DNA of 64,000 nt from Zygnema circumcarinatum SAG 698-1b (taxonomy: Eukaryota; Plantae; Zygnematophyceae), in contig CM074808.1 in assembly GCA_037447605.1 (NCBI GenBank), forward strand, positions 1,240,001 to 1,304,000. The letters are read 5' to 3'. Numbering within the stretch: the stretch's first letter is position 1; every line of letters starts with the position of its first letter. The position numbers were made by a program, and so were the translations under genes. Below the pieces are notes generated by a model. The model was given only the letters and a program-made list of their open reading frames with translations. It did not search any database and was not told where the DNA came from. Of the stretch, positions 31,479 through 44,100 are shown piece after piece.

Positions 31479-32803
31479 ATGCTGCCCGCTGCTTTGGCAG
31501 TTATCATGCTCCCGACGGAGCTCTACTTCCTGCACCGTAGTGAGATGAGGAGGCGTCAAATGAGGTGGGAGAGTCTAGGGCCGATCTACCAGGGCACTCT
31601 CTCCTCAGTCGGGATGCCTCCGCCTGAAAGGTGAGCGCATTTCTGCAGTTGTTTCCACTCAAGTAAGCGCTGACAGATAGGAGGCATCGATCGGAAGAGC
31701 TGACATGGACCTATTTCTGTTTCGCCTTTTTGCAGCTCCGAATCTCAAGGATCTCTGCGTATAGCTGTCGTTCACATGGTGCCGCCACGGCCAGTATTAG
31801 GATTGAGCCTAGGCGTGGAGCCACCTGGCGTGCGTATATACAATCCTCGCATTGTATTACAGGTGAATTTCACGACATCCTTTCTACTTCCTTAAGTGGG
31901 ATGGTTAGGATGCTCCCATGCTGTGCAATTTGAGACATTCACTGAAGGATGGCTATTTGTGGTGCCTATTCCTGGCTAAATCTCACATTCAGGCTGGAGA
32001 AACTCCACTTTTTCCCCGAGTATTTGTCCGATTCCATTCACTTTAGTGTGTTAAGCAGGAAAAATTAGGCATAAGTAAAGGACAGGAGAAACTCTTCCGA
32101 CTGCTTTACTGTATCCCTTAAAACAACACTGCATCCTCCTTTCCTACTGCCTTGTCTTCAACGCCTCCTTGAAGGACTTGGTTTCGTATCTTAGCCCTGA
32201 CAAGCTAGAGCGGTTAACAAACCCTTTCCCTGCTTCGTCGTGCCTGATCAATTCAAGGTTTCCTGTTTCACGAATGTTCTGCTGCAGTTGGGATATCATT
32301 TCCAAAGCACCAGCAAGTTGCCGGGACTTTTTCGCACCGACTGTGGAGATGTTCTGCAGTTTAACTACTCCCCCTTCCTGTTCCCTTTACCCGACAGCCC
32401 GCAGATAAAGGTCAAGGTGTTCCTTTATGGCCGCAAAGGCAGCTGGAAACGGCACCAAGAAAGGCTCGTAGCCATGGGCTGGATGGACCTTGTACCATCC
32501 ATGCATTCAGCCTTTGGTTGTGACTTCCAGAATGTGCATATGGTGACAAGGAAGGGGTCGCGAGCAGGAGTGCTGCGAGTTGCTCTCGCAGTGGATAAAA
32601 ACATGGAACCAACACTGCTGGCTGACCCGACAGCCACAGGGACAGAATCACTGCTGATTCAGCAAATGGCAGGGATGGGGAAGGCAGACAAATGTCCTCC
32701 GATCGTAGTTTTCTCTCCGGGGGTCCTTCCTTCTATCGCTCAACCGCAATTGGTTGACGTGCTTCCCGTACCTGCGGGATTGGCTGGAAGCTCTTTGCCA
32801 TGA
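31479..32803 (+). CDS. Probable C2-like domain protein, 3 exons
   Basis: In-frame GT-AG exons ~31479-31630, 31736-31863, 32289-32803. The product GSLRIAVV...YNPRIVLQLG..FQSTSKL...FLFPLPDSPQIKVKVFLY...LVAMGWMDL...RAGVLRVALAV resembles a C2 beta-sandwich pattern. Confidence 0.55.
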
Positions 32804-34274
32804 GATACCCCTCCAGCCCTTATGTCCAATGTACAGTTCTAAAAAGCAAAGGTTTTAGCCTTTTTTTTTGGGAAGGTGGGATTCCATACTTTCAGGTGCG
32901 GACACATGTAAGGGACACAAACGGCGGGGTTTTTCGCGGGGTTTTTCGACCAGTGGTGGCATGTAGGAAATACCTTACAAAATCTGCTACTTGAATAGCT
33001 CCTCCTTTCTTATTGAGCTCAGTAATAATATTGTCAACCAGGCGTAGCAACTTGGTGAGTGATCCTCCAATAATTGGTCAGCACAAATGTGAACGAATGG
33101 GGAGCAGCCGTAGCACAGCTGGATGTGAGGTCCAGTGAGCTATGAAGACTTAGAACGGAGATGAACGGAAAGCTATTAAAATATTAGCTACCGAAGTTTT
33201 TAGATGGAAGTACAGCTTATTGATGGAGTGCCATCGTAGAATGAGCTGGACGAAGCATGAGGCTCGAAGTCTTCACCTTACGGCTGCTGTCCTTTGGACG
33301 GTGTTGGAATTAATTTATTTTCATTGTAATAAAACAGATAGTGTCATTGAATGGGAACTTTGTCATTGTTACATGCAGCGCAGGAAATCCTACTGGTGTT
33401 GAATTTTTATGATTACCAAGGTTATTTTTTCTGAGATAGTTTAGAGTGCCAGTGTGAAAATTTAGAGCCGAACGGGGCTGGACGCGGTGCAATGTTACCC
33501 TCCGTTCTCTGTGTGCCCCTTACTTTCTGGTTGTCAAACAATTTCAGCTCATATCGAAAGGTGCACAACTCACACTTTCAATTGAAATTGAGCTCAAGCT
33601 CTTTCCACTGTTCAAGGAATGCAACCTGTACGATAGCTGTTCCTGTGCAGTGGCTAGAACAAGCAGGAGAAAGAAGCGCAGTCTGGTGCAGGCGCGCCTC
33701 CTTGAGCTCAGCACGTTTCGAAGGCAGTTTTGACCTCCATTCACGAGATGTCTTGTGACGAGTTCGAAACCGCCTACTTTTCCTGTAAAAGTCATCTGCC
33801 ATGTTTGAGGTGTCTCCAGCCACTGATAGCAGCATACCCACGGCTGCAACATTCGAGGTGAAAAAGAAATATGTAATTTATTGCCTAGGGAGCTCCAACT
33901 ACGCCCTCAACACTTGTATTGTTTCCTCCCATTTACATTCATGCAGCAATTGCTGCAAAAAGGGGATCCAAACAAAAAGGAGCCCTCAACTTGAGACGTG
34001 GCAAACAGGAGTTCGCGGACCTCCGACCGTGGCAAACTAGCTGCCCTCTTCCATCGCCAGAAGGAATGGCTCCACTTGGACAGCTTGCACAAGCTGATGA
34101 CAGTGAGAAAATTGCCAAGGTGAGCCGGTGGAAATGAAACCAGTGGAGAGGAGGGCCGCAGGACAAACATGACGCATTCAGTTTCAATTTCTTCCGGCTA
34201 TTCGAATGCCATTCTCCACTTTGACGATGCCGATAATGATGTTCGTCTGGGAGAAGGATCTCCTGAAGGGTGCA

Positions 34275-36184
34275 TTACTTCGTCTTTCGTGTATCGTCTT
34301 CGTATTCACTTAACAACTTCTCCACATCCTCCACGAAACCATTCTCAACCAAAACGCCATCAGATGAGAACCTGCACGGCAAAGGATGTAAACAACCATG
34401 GCTGTTGGTTAGGATCCGACCCTGCTCCTTAAAGAACTTCGGCGGCGAGGCCTACAAAACAAAGCATCCTGTCAAGGAACTATCCAGCAATAAGCCACAA
34501 TAGCTGTGTACATTATCGATAATATTTCTTCATTCTTTGGTACCGAATGTTCAGAATGAAGGGCTCGTATCATTACATCAACAAAGATAAAGCGACCGGA
34601 AGATTGGTTGACACAACCACTAAGTTGCAATGCCCATCAGACTTCATCTGAGACAGCATACCTAAGAGGCAGATAGCATCCACAGGTGAAACGAGCCCTT
34701 TAAGGTACACGACCTGGGGTACTATTCGCCAGCCCAAGCAGAATGACCAATGTTTAACCTATCTTGAAAAGTATAGCTACATCCGGCCACACGGTATAGA
34801 CTATCGACTTGTTCTTCGCTACTGACAAAACAGCATGACTTGACTTCACCCTGAATACTCCGTCCGACCCAAAAGAGAGTGCTTCTTACCATTGCGTGAC
34901 ACTTTTTGTGAGTTCGGCAGGTAAATGTGCCGCTATTGACTTCGGATCTGAACTAGCAATGCGTAGAGTGTACATATCGTTGTAGCGAGGAAGGGTTGAA
35001 GAAACAGCAAGACCCGTCTGAGTGAAGGATCCCTGCAAGCATCAATGCCACGGAGAATTCACCAATGAGTGGAGGCAGAAGCTAACTCTGACGACGCTTG
35101 GCTTTAGCTGCCTATAGTATCTTTTGCACTACCTCTTCACTGCTGCCTCCCAGCAATATCCGCACAGCTGAAACGAAACAATTAAAGAAAGGCTTGATAT
35201 GTACTGCGAACATTATGACCTTGAAAGTGTTTGACATAAAGGCATTCCAAAGGAATTGGAAAAGCAAAAAAACTGCAAAAAGTTTAAGAGTAGAAAGGCA
35301 TTTCACTGGGAAACGTCATCTTGATGGATCAACTCCCATGCCCAGTTCGAAGTTGAAGTATGTGTAACTTGGCTAAACCAGAGCTCTATAGACGAAGGCT
35401 TCCTCAGCATACACAATTGATAATTGTAACAAAATGACACTGGTGGCAGGCTTACCGTGAGGGGGTGCGTGAGTAAAATGTGATTCTTCTCCTTAAAGAA
35501 CGAGATGCACTGCAACACAATGTTAATTACCACGTACGTGTGCTCAGTCAAGGAGTTCTATATCAACGTCCTTGCGGCTTCACCGTTACATTTTTTGCAA
35601 AACTATCAAAATACAGACACGATAGTATAAGCTACGGATGGTGCACTATGACACTAACCCCTCCTCCCCGCCCCTCATCCTCCGACCAAGGGATGTCACT
35701 ACATTGAGCCACTTGACACTCAACTGGACACACCACTGCGACTGGAGGCATAGCCACAGGTGACATGCCTTAATATCTTTGACAAATCAATTGGCTCAGA
35801 CATAAACCTTCAATACTAAAGAGAGAAGTCTAACCAACACGCGAACAAAATGAACACAATATGTGAGCAAACAAAATCGTCGCAAAACCCAAGGTCAAGG
35901 GCACGATTGTCAGCGCGCGTTTCAATGTTGGAAAGGATATAAGGCGATGCAAACCACTAGCAGTGGCTGGTTCTCAGGAAACTTCTTTGGATAAAATTGT
36001 GCCACGAGGGCAATTAAACAGGCCATTACTCCGAGAACCAGCTTTAAATTGCTTATGCTGACATCTTCCACATAGCCTCGGCTCAATATTGTCTGCCAAA
36101 AAAAGAAAAGAACAGAGAGTTGATAAAGTAAACCTGAAAGTAAAGTAGCCGGAAGTCTAAATTATAGACCATTTCTCTCTCTTC

Positions 36185-36219
<35 letters not shown>

Positions 36220-36768
36220 AAAGACGATAGGGATTGCTGCTTTTGACAAGGAACAGCTAAAACCTCGAACACGCCTTAAGAAGAGCAAGATTTGAACTGC
36301 CGCAGGCCACGAGCGCGATGAGAGGAAGATGTCTCCCGGCCCGTGACGCATTAAAGAGGAAAGTCTCAAGTTTTAGTGTTCCGATTAACTAGGAATCGGA
36401 AAATCATGATTTGTAAAATCATACAAAGCCAAATTAAAAAAAATGACGCTTTCTTCAACTCAGATCCTTTTAGACGGTTACTTAAGCCAGACCAAACTTG
36501 ACATGGGAATTGCTAGAAATATTAACCCAAGGAGCACCTTCCATGGAATCGCTTCCTCGCTCCCTGCCAGCTGTTCTTCTCTCCCTTCTTTCTTCATAAA
36601 CTGCTCCGATCACAACCCCTTTCCAAAGGAGTTGGATATTACCTCTGTTGCAATATCGTCGAGATGCCGCTTCACAGCATAGAAGTCATTCAGATTCACA
36701 GCCTTAGCCTTCTGTGCCTCGTCCGCGGCTGGTTTCGGCGGAAACAACCACTTCCCGATGTCGAACAT
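34275..36768 (-). CDS. SPCS2: Signal peptidase complex subunit 2 (SPC25), 5 exons
   Basis: Exons 36768-36643, 36092-35941, 35537-~35457, 35032-34890, 34371-34275 give KAVNLNDFYAVKRHLDD-TILSRGYVEDVSISNLKLVLG..ALVAQFYPKKFPEN..CIALYVVINIVLQ..KEKN-GSFTQTGLAVSSTLPRYNDMYTL..TKSVTQWFSSDGVLVE..FVEDVEKLL, matching plant SPC25. Confidence 0.92.
35538..35940 (-). other. U12-type (minor spliceosome) AT-AC intron in SPCS2
   Basis: On the minus strand: 5' end ATATCCTTTC, branch site TCCTTGAC (35554-35547) nine nt before the terminal AC. Splicing restores CIAL-YVV in frame. Confidence 0.92.
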
Positions 36769-37175
36769 GGCGGCCACCGTCCACTTACTCCTGCCTCCCG
36801 CTCCGGAATACACTTAATGGGTGCTTGACTTGCACAAGAAGCATTCAGAGGCGCTTCTCCCGCAACAGAATGGCCCGGCAACCCTAACCCTAATTCGAGC
36901 AGCTGCAGAGAATGCAGGCAGGCCCGATCTCGATATCCAGATACAGTACACATCATTATCAGTATTAAATCGGTTGCCGATACGGATGCGCGCACCACAG
37001 TGTCCCTATAGGCACGCCCAATATCTCGCATCCTCCAATCGCAGGGCGCGGCAAGATTTTATTGACGTGGCGGGTGCCGCTGGGCCGAACGCACTGCTCG
37101 ATCGGGCGGCAGCGTTTGTCGCATGCGGCTGCTGACCGGGAAGCCGACACGCAAAAAAAAAAAATGTTTCAAAAA

Positions 37176-37930
37176 GGGTAGTGTTATTTCCACTCCTTTT
37201 TTGGATCAAAACAACCCTTCCCGGCCGGGCAGATTTTAAAAAGGCTTAAAAACGGAAAATGCTTTTTTCACACCTTTTTAGAATCGATACAAGGCAGATT
37301 TTTTTTGTTAAAACAAGGACTCGCACGAGCGAGTGTGCGCGTCCCTCGGCCCGAGATCTCCGCAAAATTATGAGCTGGACAGGGCAGCCTGCTGAAACTG
37401 GCAGCCAATCATAATCTGCCACGTGTTTTTGTATGACGTAGATGGTCCAGGCACTCGATGTTTAACGAAAGTTTGTGTTTCCTCGAAGTTGCGACCGTAT
37501 GACTTTTGTACGGACTCACTTTTGCGACGGCTTTGACGGGACACGTGAACTCGTCCCATTCGCTGGGACCGAGCCCGGCTGCAGATCTAACGGTTGTCGT
37601 GGGGCGATCTGCAATGAAATCGACGGTTGATATTTACCGCGCGTGTGAAGGACGCACATCCGCGAACGATCTCGCGGCGGACGGATCTTCAGCTCCGAGC
37701 GGATTCGGGCAGGCCGATATTTTTTTATCTCAAAAAAAAAATCAGGGGACGAGATATTCAAATCAAATTACTGTAACGGGGTATCATTTTCCTTGTTTAA
37801 CAAAAAATAGAATCTGCCTTGTATCGATTCCAAAAAGGTGTGAAAAGAGCATTTTCGGTCTTTAAGCCTTTTTAAAATCTGCCCGGACGAGAAGGGATGT
37901 TTTAAAAAAAGGGGTGAAAATAACTCTCCC
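37176..37930. mobile_element. Long-TIR non-autonomous element (Mutator/foldback-like), perfect 8-bp TSD TTCAAAAA
   Basis: Starts GGGTAGTG, ends CTCTCCC, with ~140-bp imperfect TIRs. TTCAAAAA at 37168-37175 and 37931-37938. Confidence 0.85.
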
Positions 37931-37940
37931 TTCAAAAAAT

Positions 37941-38285
37941 AGGGGGAGTCTAAGTCTTTGACCATGGCCAAATCAATTGAGCAAGCCTGTCGGGCGAATT
38001 AAGCATTGGCTAGGTACGCATTCCGGTCTGCTGGGTACGGCGGGTCCGAGGATCCCGAGCCGAAATTCGTACACGAAAGAAGTGACTTTTAGTACAGTAG
38101 GGGGTGTCAGACTTAAGGAAATCTTACGAACAAAAAAGTTCGTAAGTACTCCGCCGCACCAGGATTGCGATTTCACCGAAGTACTCGTTCTGGTCTCAAA
38201 CTTACGAACAATTTTTAAGTCTGACACCCCCTAGTATATGGAATTCGGGAATTTAGTACGCGATGGTCAAGGTCTGACTCCCCCT
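37941..38285. mobile_element. MITE, TIR AGGGGGAGTC...TTGACCAT, 3-bp TSD AAT; hosts a nested MITE
   Basis: Terminal inverted match; AAT at 37938-37940 and 38286-38288. Confidence 0.75.
38099..38232. mobile_element. Nested MITE, TIR AGGGGGTGTCAGACTTA, 3-bp TSD AGT
   Basis: AGT at 38096-38098 and 38233-38235. Interior homologous to 26790-26923 and 54752-54910. Confidence 0.85.
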
Positions 38286-39947
38286 AATGTACTGTATGTG
38301 TACCGTACAGTTCAATTTTTTCAATGCCACTTTCCCCTGCATGTTTTTTTCTAACGGATTGTGACACGCGTGACGTCGGCCACTGGGCCCTTTGGCCGGC
38401 GCCAGCTCCCTTCGGCGTCGCGTGGCGCCTGGCGGCAACGGCTCGCGCGTGCGGCAACCGTTGCGCCACGTGTCGCTTTGCGCGGCGGCGGTGCAGATAC
38501 CAGGTCGCCCTGCCCTGCGATTGGCGTGCGTGAGATTTGGGGCGCGCCTCCAGGCTGACCCTGAGCAGTGTACGGATGTGCGACTAACCCGGCGTTGTGG
38601 GTTCCGCGAGACGGTTCCGCGTGGTTCCCGTATTATTGTTGTATCGGATTGCCCGCCTTGCCTTACACCCCTCTGCGAGTCATTGCTTACTCGCGTGCAT
38701 GCAATCGTTCAAGCATGCTTTGGTTGGAGTCAGGCACAAAAGGACAACCCGTGTTCTATAAAAACGCAGGTGAATTGGTAAACTTTCGACCCAGGGCTAT
38801 GGCAGGATGAAGTCTAAAGCATCTCGCAGATTTCAACATTCAATTGTGGCTCCTTTGTCCCCATTTCGTGACCTCCCACCAAGTGCTAATAGCTAACTTC
38901 ATCTTTCGTCCTCCTTATTGCCCACCAGTTCCTGGCCTTCGTCAATGCTTATCTTTCGCTCTGTTCTCTTCCCTGTCTCTCTTTTCTTTCTGTTTCAAGA
39001 AAAAGTTTTTTCGCAACCTGGCCTTGCTTTCTAACCTTGGGCTTTAGATCTCGCTTTGCTAATCTCATCGTGTCGAGGGTCATCACTTTACTGAACAGAT
39101 ATCTACGAAGACAATAGTTGAAAGTTTGCGACATCAGCTTTCTGTTTACCAGATCTTCTTGTCTTGATGGCAAGCGCATTCCAGAGTATATGGACAGAGT
39201 GCTTGCACAAAATTGACGCATTCAGTGAAATTCTTTGGAAATCATTGTTAGGTGCGGCGTTAGAATGGCACAAGAGCACAGAGACCATCGAATTGACACT
39301 GTACAATCGTTCCTTTTCAATGCACGACAGGCAGGGACCAAGGGAGGCCATCTGTCCAGTAAGGGACCAGCAAATGCTGAATAACCAGCCATGACTCTCA
39401 CGGCTCCACTCTTCAATATTGCATGTTGCTTCATCAAGAGTGCCTGCTTATGTACATGGCATCTATAGAAAACAAGGAAAGCATTAGGGTAACGCGAACA
39501 TCCTTAGTTGAATGCACTACTGCCAGTATGATGAAGTCTGCAGTTAACAGTTGACTCGGCGAAAATCGCTGTGTCACACAGATCGTAAGATTCTTACATC
39601 CCTATCCTTTTCCTCTCTCACCACTATCTATTCCCCCAATTCCGCACAGAAACAAGCAGAAATGAGCGCGAGAAAGGAAAGCGCCAAGGGACGCAATACG
39701 AAACAGGATAATCTGCAGAGTGGCAGCACGGCCATGCAGACATGACCACATCAGAGCAATCCTGTTCAGGAAAAGGCCATTGCAGAGAAGGCCGTTCAGG
39801 CGCCAGAGTTCATTGCCTCCGCGAAATACATTGTGCCGTTGTTCGGCTTTGCCTGCAGACCCTCCCTTCTTCTTTTCCAACATACAAATCCTTTATAATA
39901 CATTCAAGTTTTGTTATCCAAGAATCAATAAAATAAATAGGTCGATG

Positions 39948-40259
39948 CTACGAATTCTTCAACAAAGGAGTCGACAGCAGTGACTCCTCCACGCTCTCAT
40001 ATCCTCCTTGCGGCCGGAAGCAGTTACTGGGGAGCCCTCCGCACGCGGGCTGATGGTCATAACTCTTCTCCTTCACTTCAGGAAACGTGTTCGCGGCAGT
40101 AACTTTTTGCCGAATATTGAAGGGATCGCTGTTATCCTTCTTCTGCGCGCCCTTCTTCTTGATATTGAAGGGATTCACATCCTCCTGCCCAAGCTTCCTC
40201 TCACCCTTCCCTCGCTTCCTGATCACCACAGTTGCCACAGCCGCGGCGTGTGCTGCCAT
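39948..40259 (-). CDS. Small (103-aa) hypothetical Lys-rich protein
   Basis: ATG-initiated ORF MAAHAAAVATVVIRKRG...NPFNIKKK...DPFNIRQK...LLKNS*, preceded by a GC/purine-rich leader and followed by AT-rich sequence. No family recognised. Confidence 0.35.
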   Translation of the reverse strand: MAAHAAAVATVVIRKRGKGERKLGQEDVNPFNIKKKGAQKKDNSDPFNIRQKVTAANTFPEVKEKSYDHQPACGGLPSNCFRPQGGYESVEESLLSTPLLKNS

Positions 40260-41150
40260 CCTTCCTCCCTTTCTTTCCCTCCCTCTGCTTTCCTCTCCCT
40301 CCCCTCCCCCTCCCTTTGACCTCCCTCGCTCCCTCCCTCCCCTGCCCGCACCTTCCTCGCTCCTTCCGCCCCTCCCTCCCTCCCCGCGGCCGCCACGCGG
40401 CCTCATTCGCCCCCTTTCCGTCCGCGCGCCGCCGCGTGGCCGTACGTCCGGCCGCCGCCCTCTGCGAGCCGCCCGCCGCCCTGCGCGCCACGCGAGCGGG
40501 CGCGTTGGACGGACGGTCCAGATGCGTCCAGACTGGCACGGGCCGCCGGGACCGTCGGATGGCGGGACCCAGGGCCGGGGGGGCGGGGACCGTACGGTAT
40601 GGTAACGTACGGCCGACAGGCTGGTGGCAGCAGGCTGTACTGCCCGCCGTACGCGGGATCGTCGGAGAGGCCGACAGCTGTTCGGTCGTACGGTAGGGGA
40701 TACGTGGCTCGGACGAGATCAGGGGTCCACATTGCGGAGTGGAATTAACGACGTGGGGATAGGTGGATGTGGATCCGAGCGGAATCTCCAAGGTCAAGCT
40801 TCCTATGACGTCACAATTGGCGGAAGGGGATAAAATTGAAACACTTTACGAATGTCGGAAGGCTGGAAATTCAGAATTTCGCCGTGTGCCGGGCCCTGTC
40901 AACCTTCAACGGAATGTTTTCGGGCAGGAGATATTTTTTCGCGCCGAAAATTAAAAATATCGTTTGGATTTCGAGATCCCACTACTGACCGACCTATCGG
41001 AGAGCGTCTCCTTCCAACGACCAAGTAGTCAGCCCACCTTCTTCTTTAGGCCATTTCTTGCCCAACTAATCAGGAGAGAGGGACTAAGCAAGTTCAGACC
41101 ACTCAATTTCCAATCTCCACAGCACACACATCCATCATCTTTCCAAGAGT

Positions 41151-44100
41151 GAAAAAAAAAAGAACGCAAACTTTCATTGAACTCGCGATGGCGAGGCCAT
41201 CAAATTTACATGGATAAAGGCAAAATGTGGAACCACGAAGGACTGGTCACAAAGGACCGAAACACAATAAAACGAAGCTAGGAGCGGAAAACTACGCCTA
41301 GGCACAACAACGCAGCCCTAGAAGCAGCCGTGAAGGTCACCGATGTGAGGCACGTCGCGAGGAGGGAGCAGCGGAAGTCCACCAACACGGTCACCAACAA
41401 CTGCAGCACGCCGAAGTAGCGTAGAAGCGAGGCAACGCTGAAGGGCGACGGAAATACGTTGTCGATAAAAGGTAGCCAAGATCGCCGGAGGAGGGCTTCC
41501 GGGGCCGCGGCATCTCGAAAAGAGCGAGGGCGACCGGGCGGCGAAGGTATCCAAACGGGTGTCGAGGCAGCCAAAAATCTCAATATACATAGGAACAAAC
41601 TAGTCGGCTGCATCACGGTGAGCATATGCACGCTCCTTGCGAAGGGCTGCATCGCGAGCAGCCACTCCTTCATGATGTGCTGCCGCGTGACAATAAATCG
41701 CCCGGCGGGTTGGATGCGGCCAACACAATATCCCCAAAATACCGCACCATCCATAAAAGCCAAATCAGGGCTTAACTCCGGCCGCCACGTAATAGTCAAT
41801 GGGGACACTCAGGTGGCTCGGCTCCGCCGCACAAGGTAGCATAGCTTGAGCCACCGCAGCACGCATCGGGCCAAGACAACATTATGAGCCAAAAATGCCG
41901 CCTCGTGCACATCGAAGTAGATGAACGCCGCGCATCAATCGAATCACCACAAACACAACGAGGAGAACCCTCGCAATGGCGGATGGGGAGCCTGAGACGG
42001 TCGCGCTGCAAGTCAAAATCGCCTGGGGTCAAATCTAAGGTGGAAAATATCGGGTAACAAACAACCAAGCCCCAAACCCCCGTGACCCGCACAAGAGCCG
42101 GCCGAAAGCACGCTGCGAACATCGGCGCGAAGAGCCGCACACAAGGGTAGAGAACTCACAGCCAACAACCCTCATCAACAAGTGAGCTGGACACGTGGAA
42201 TGCACTGACGGGCAGTTTAAACAAACGGGGCGACGAAGCCCCGAAAGCATCTGTAGCGGTGAAGCAAACCATGGGCGCCACGCAATGCAACCTGAAACGG
42301 AAGATCACCATCATCAACATGAGCGACAACAGACTCGCTAAATCTGGACGAGCCACAATAAAACGCTAAGCCAAAATGCAGAGCCCAACTACCCAAAAAC
42401 GCAAAAGGCGCCACACGAACTGTCGGGATGAGACCTAAACCGCCCGCCGAAATAGGGAGCGAGGCTTGCGTACGTGCAAGCGGACCCTCCGGTCGATCGA
42501 AAATACCAGGACCCAAAAGGCGATGACATACAGAAAACAAACGCTCATCGAAAGATTGCAATGACTCAAGGAAAGCAGGGTTAGGAGGGAGAGTTCGCAA
42601 AAGGTATGACGGACGCAAAGCAAAACAACGAGTAAGCAAAGAAAAAGCCACCTGAGGATCTGAAAGATGTGGAAGCTCATCGACCTGAGAGACGTATCCT
42701 CAACCAAAGCATCATCAACAAAACGATCAACATAAGATGCAACGCCGAAAGGGCAGCCTAAAACACGAATACCAATTCCATCAGCACAAGTCTGGATACC
42801 ACAAGGGAGCGAAAGGGTAGAAGGGATACCAACCGGAGACCAAGCAAAACACTTCGACAAATTTACCGTCAAACGCATAGCGGCCAATCGAGTAGTAAAA
42901 TCAGTAAACGCGGCAACGACCTGGTCAGCAGGGCCAATGATATGAGTATCGTCGGCCACTGATGGAAAAAGGCAGCCTGGAAAAGCCTGTGCCGAAGCTC
43001 GAAGCGCACGAATGTGCGCCAAAGCGAACAAAGGACCTCCTAAAGGGTCGCCTTGGCGGGTCCCGGTCGCAGACTCCAAGGTCGCCACTCCACCAGATGC
43101 ATCGCCAAGAGGAAAAAGGAGCGGGCTCGAACGAGAATAAAATGTGCGCACAAAAGGAAAAAGGGACGCAATCGGTGCAGGGGCCTCTCGTAACTCGCGA
43201 AAAATCTCATGACGATCCACCGTATTAAAAGCGTTTGTCACATCAACCTGCAAAACAACCCAATCAGGGTGAAGATCCAACGTCGCACGAATGCCATGAA
43301 CTACGGCCTCGCAGCCCCCAGGGGTCGCCACACCAAACTGGTAAGGGGAAAAATGATCCTGAAAGGCCCCCTGTAACTGAAAACACATAGCGCGAGCAAC
43401 CATGCGATACAAAACCTCCCCTACGGCTATGGGGCGAACTCCCCCTGCAGGCTTGGCAAGGGCAACCAAACGAGCTGACGTAAGAATATGACTCACGGAC
43501 GAGGGAACACGACCCTGCGATATGACACAAGCAAGCTGAAAAAGCAAACCAAACCCACTATCCCCGGTGTCTGGAGAAAACACATCACGAAGCAACTCAT
43601 AAACCATGCCCGAAGGCCCCCCTGCAAACAAATGAGGGGAGCGAGTAAGCGCCCGAATGAAAGTGGCACGATCAAGAACAAATGAGTCGACAGGCTCAAA
43701 AGTGTCGATGAAGGAAGGGACATCCGCAGGCGCATCCGGATGGAGAGTCCGAAGGCGATCCAAAGTGTCGTTGTTGGTCGGGGCGGGCGTAAAGGGTCGA
43801 AGAGCGCGAGCAGCGCGAGACAACTCCCCGCATCGGCCTAACTGAACTGCCCGACGATGTCGAGCGGAGGCGTCCGAAAGGGAGGGCGGGCGAGTGGCGG
43901 CGGACGCCGACAGGGCACGAATGCGATCAGCGTGCTCGGCCTGCAAAAGCTCCCAATCCCCACCCAAAAAACGAAGACATCGCCGACGGGTCTCGCGAAC
44001 GGCGCTGGCCCCACCACGAGGGGGCAAAATTAAAACCCAAAGGGGGAAAAGAAGAAGGACATGCCAAGCAGCAACATCTGATGGATCACACGCAAGACGA

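Noticed and set aside
33500-34140. Exon-like stretches between the C2-like gene and SPCS2 (e.g. 33947-34119 with a GTGAG donor)
   Set aside because: Could not be joined into a coherent or recognisable protein.
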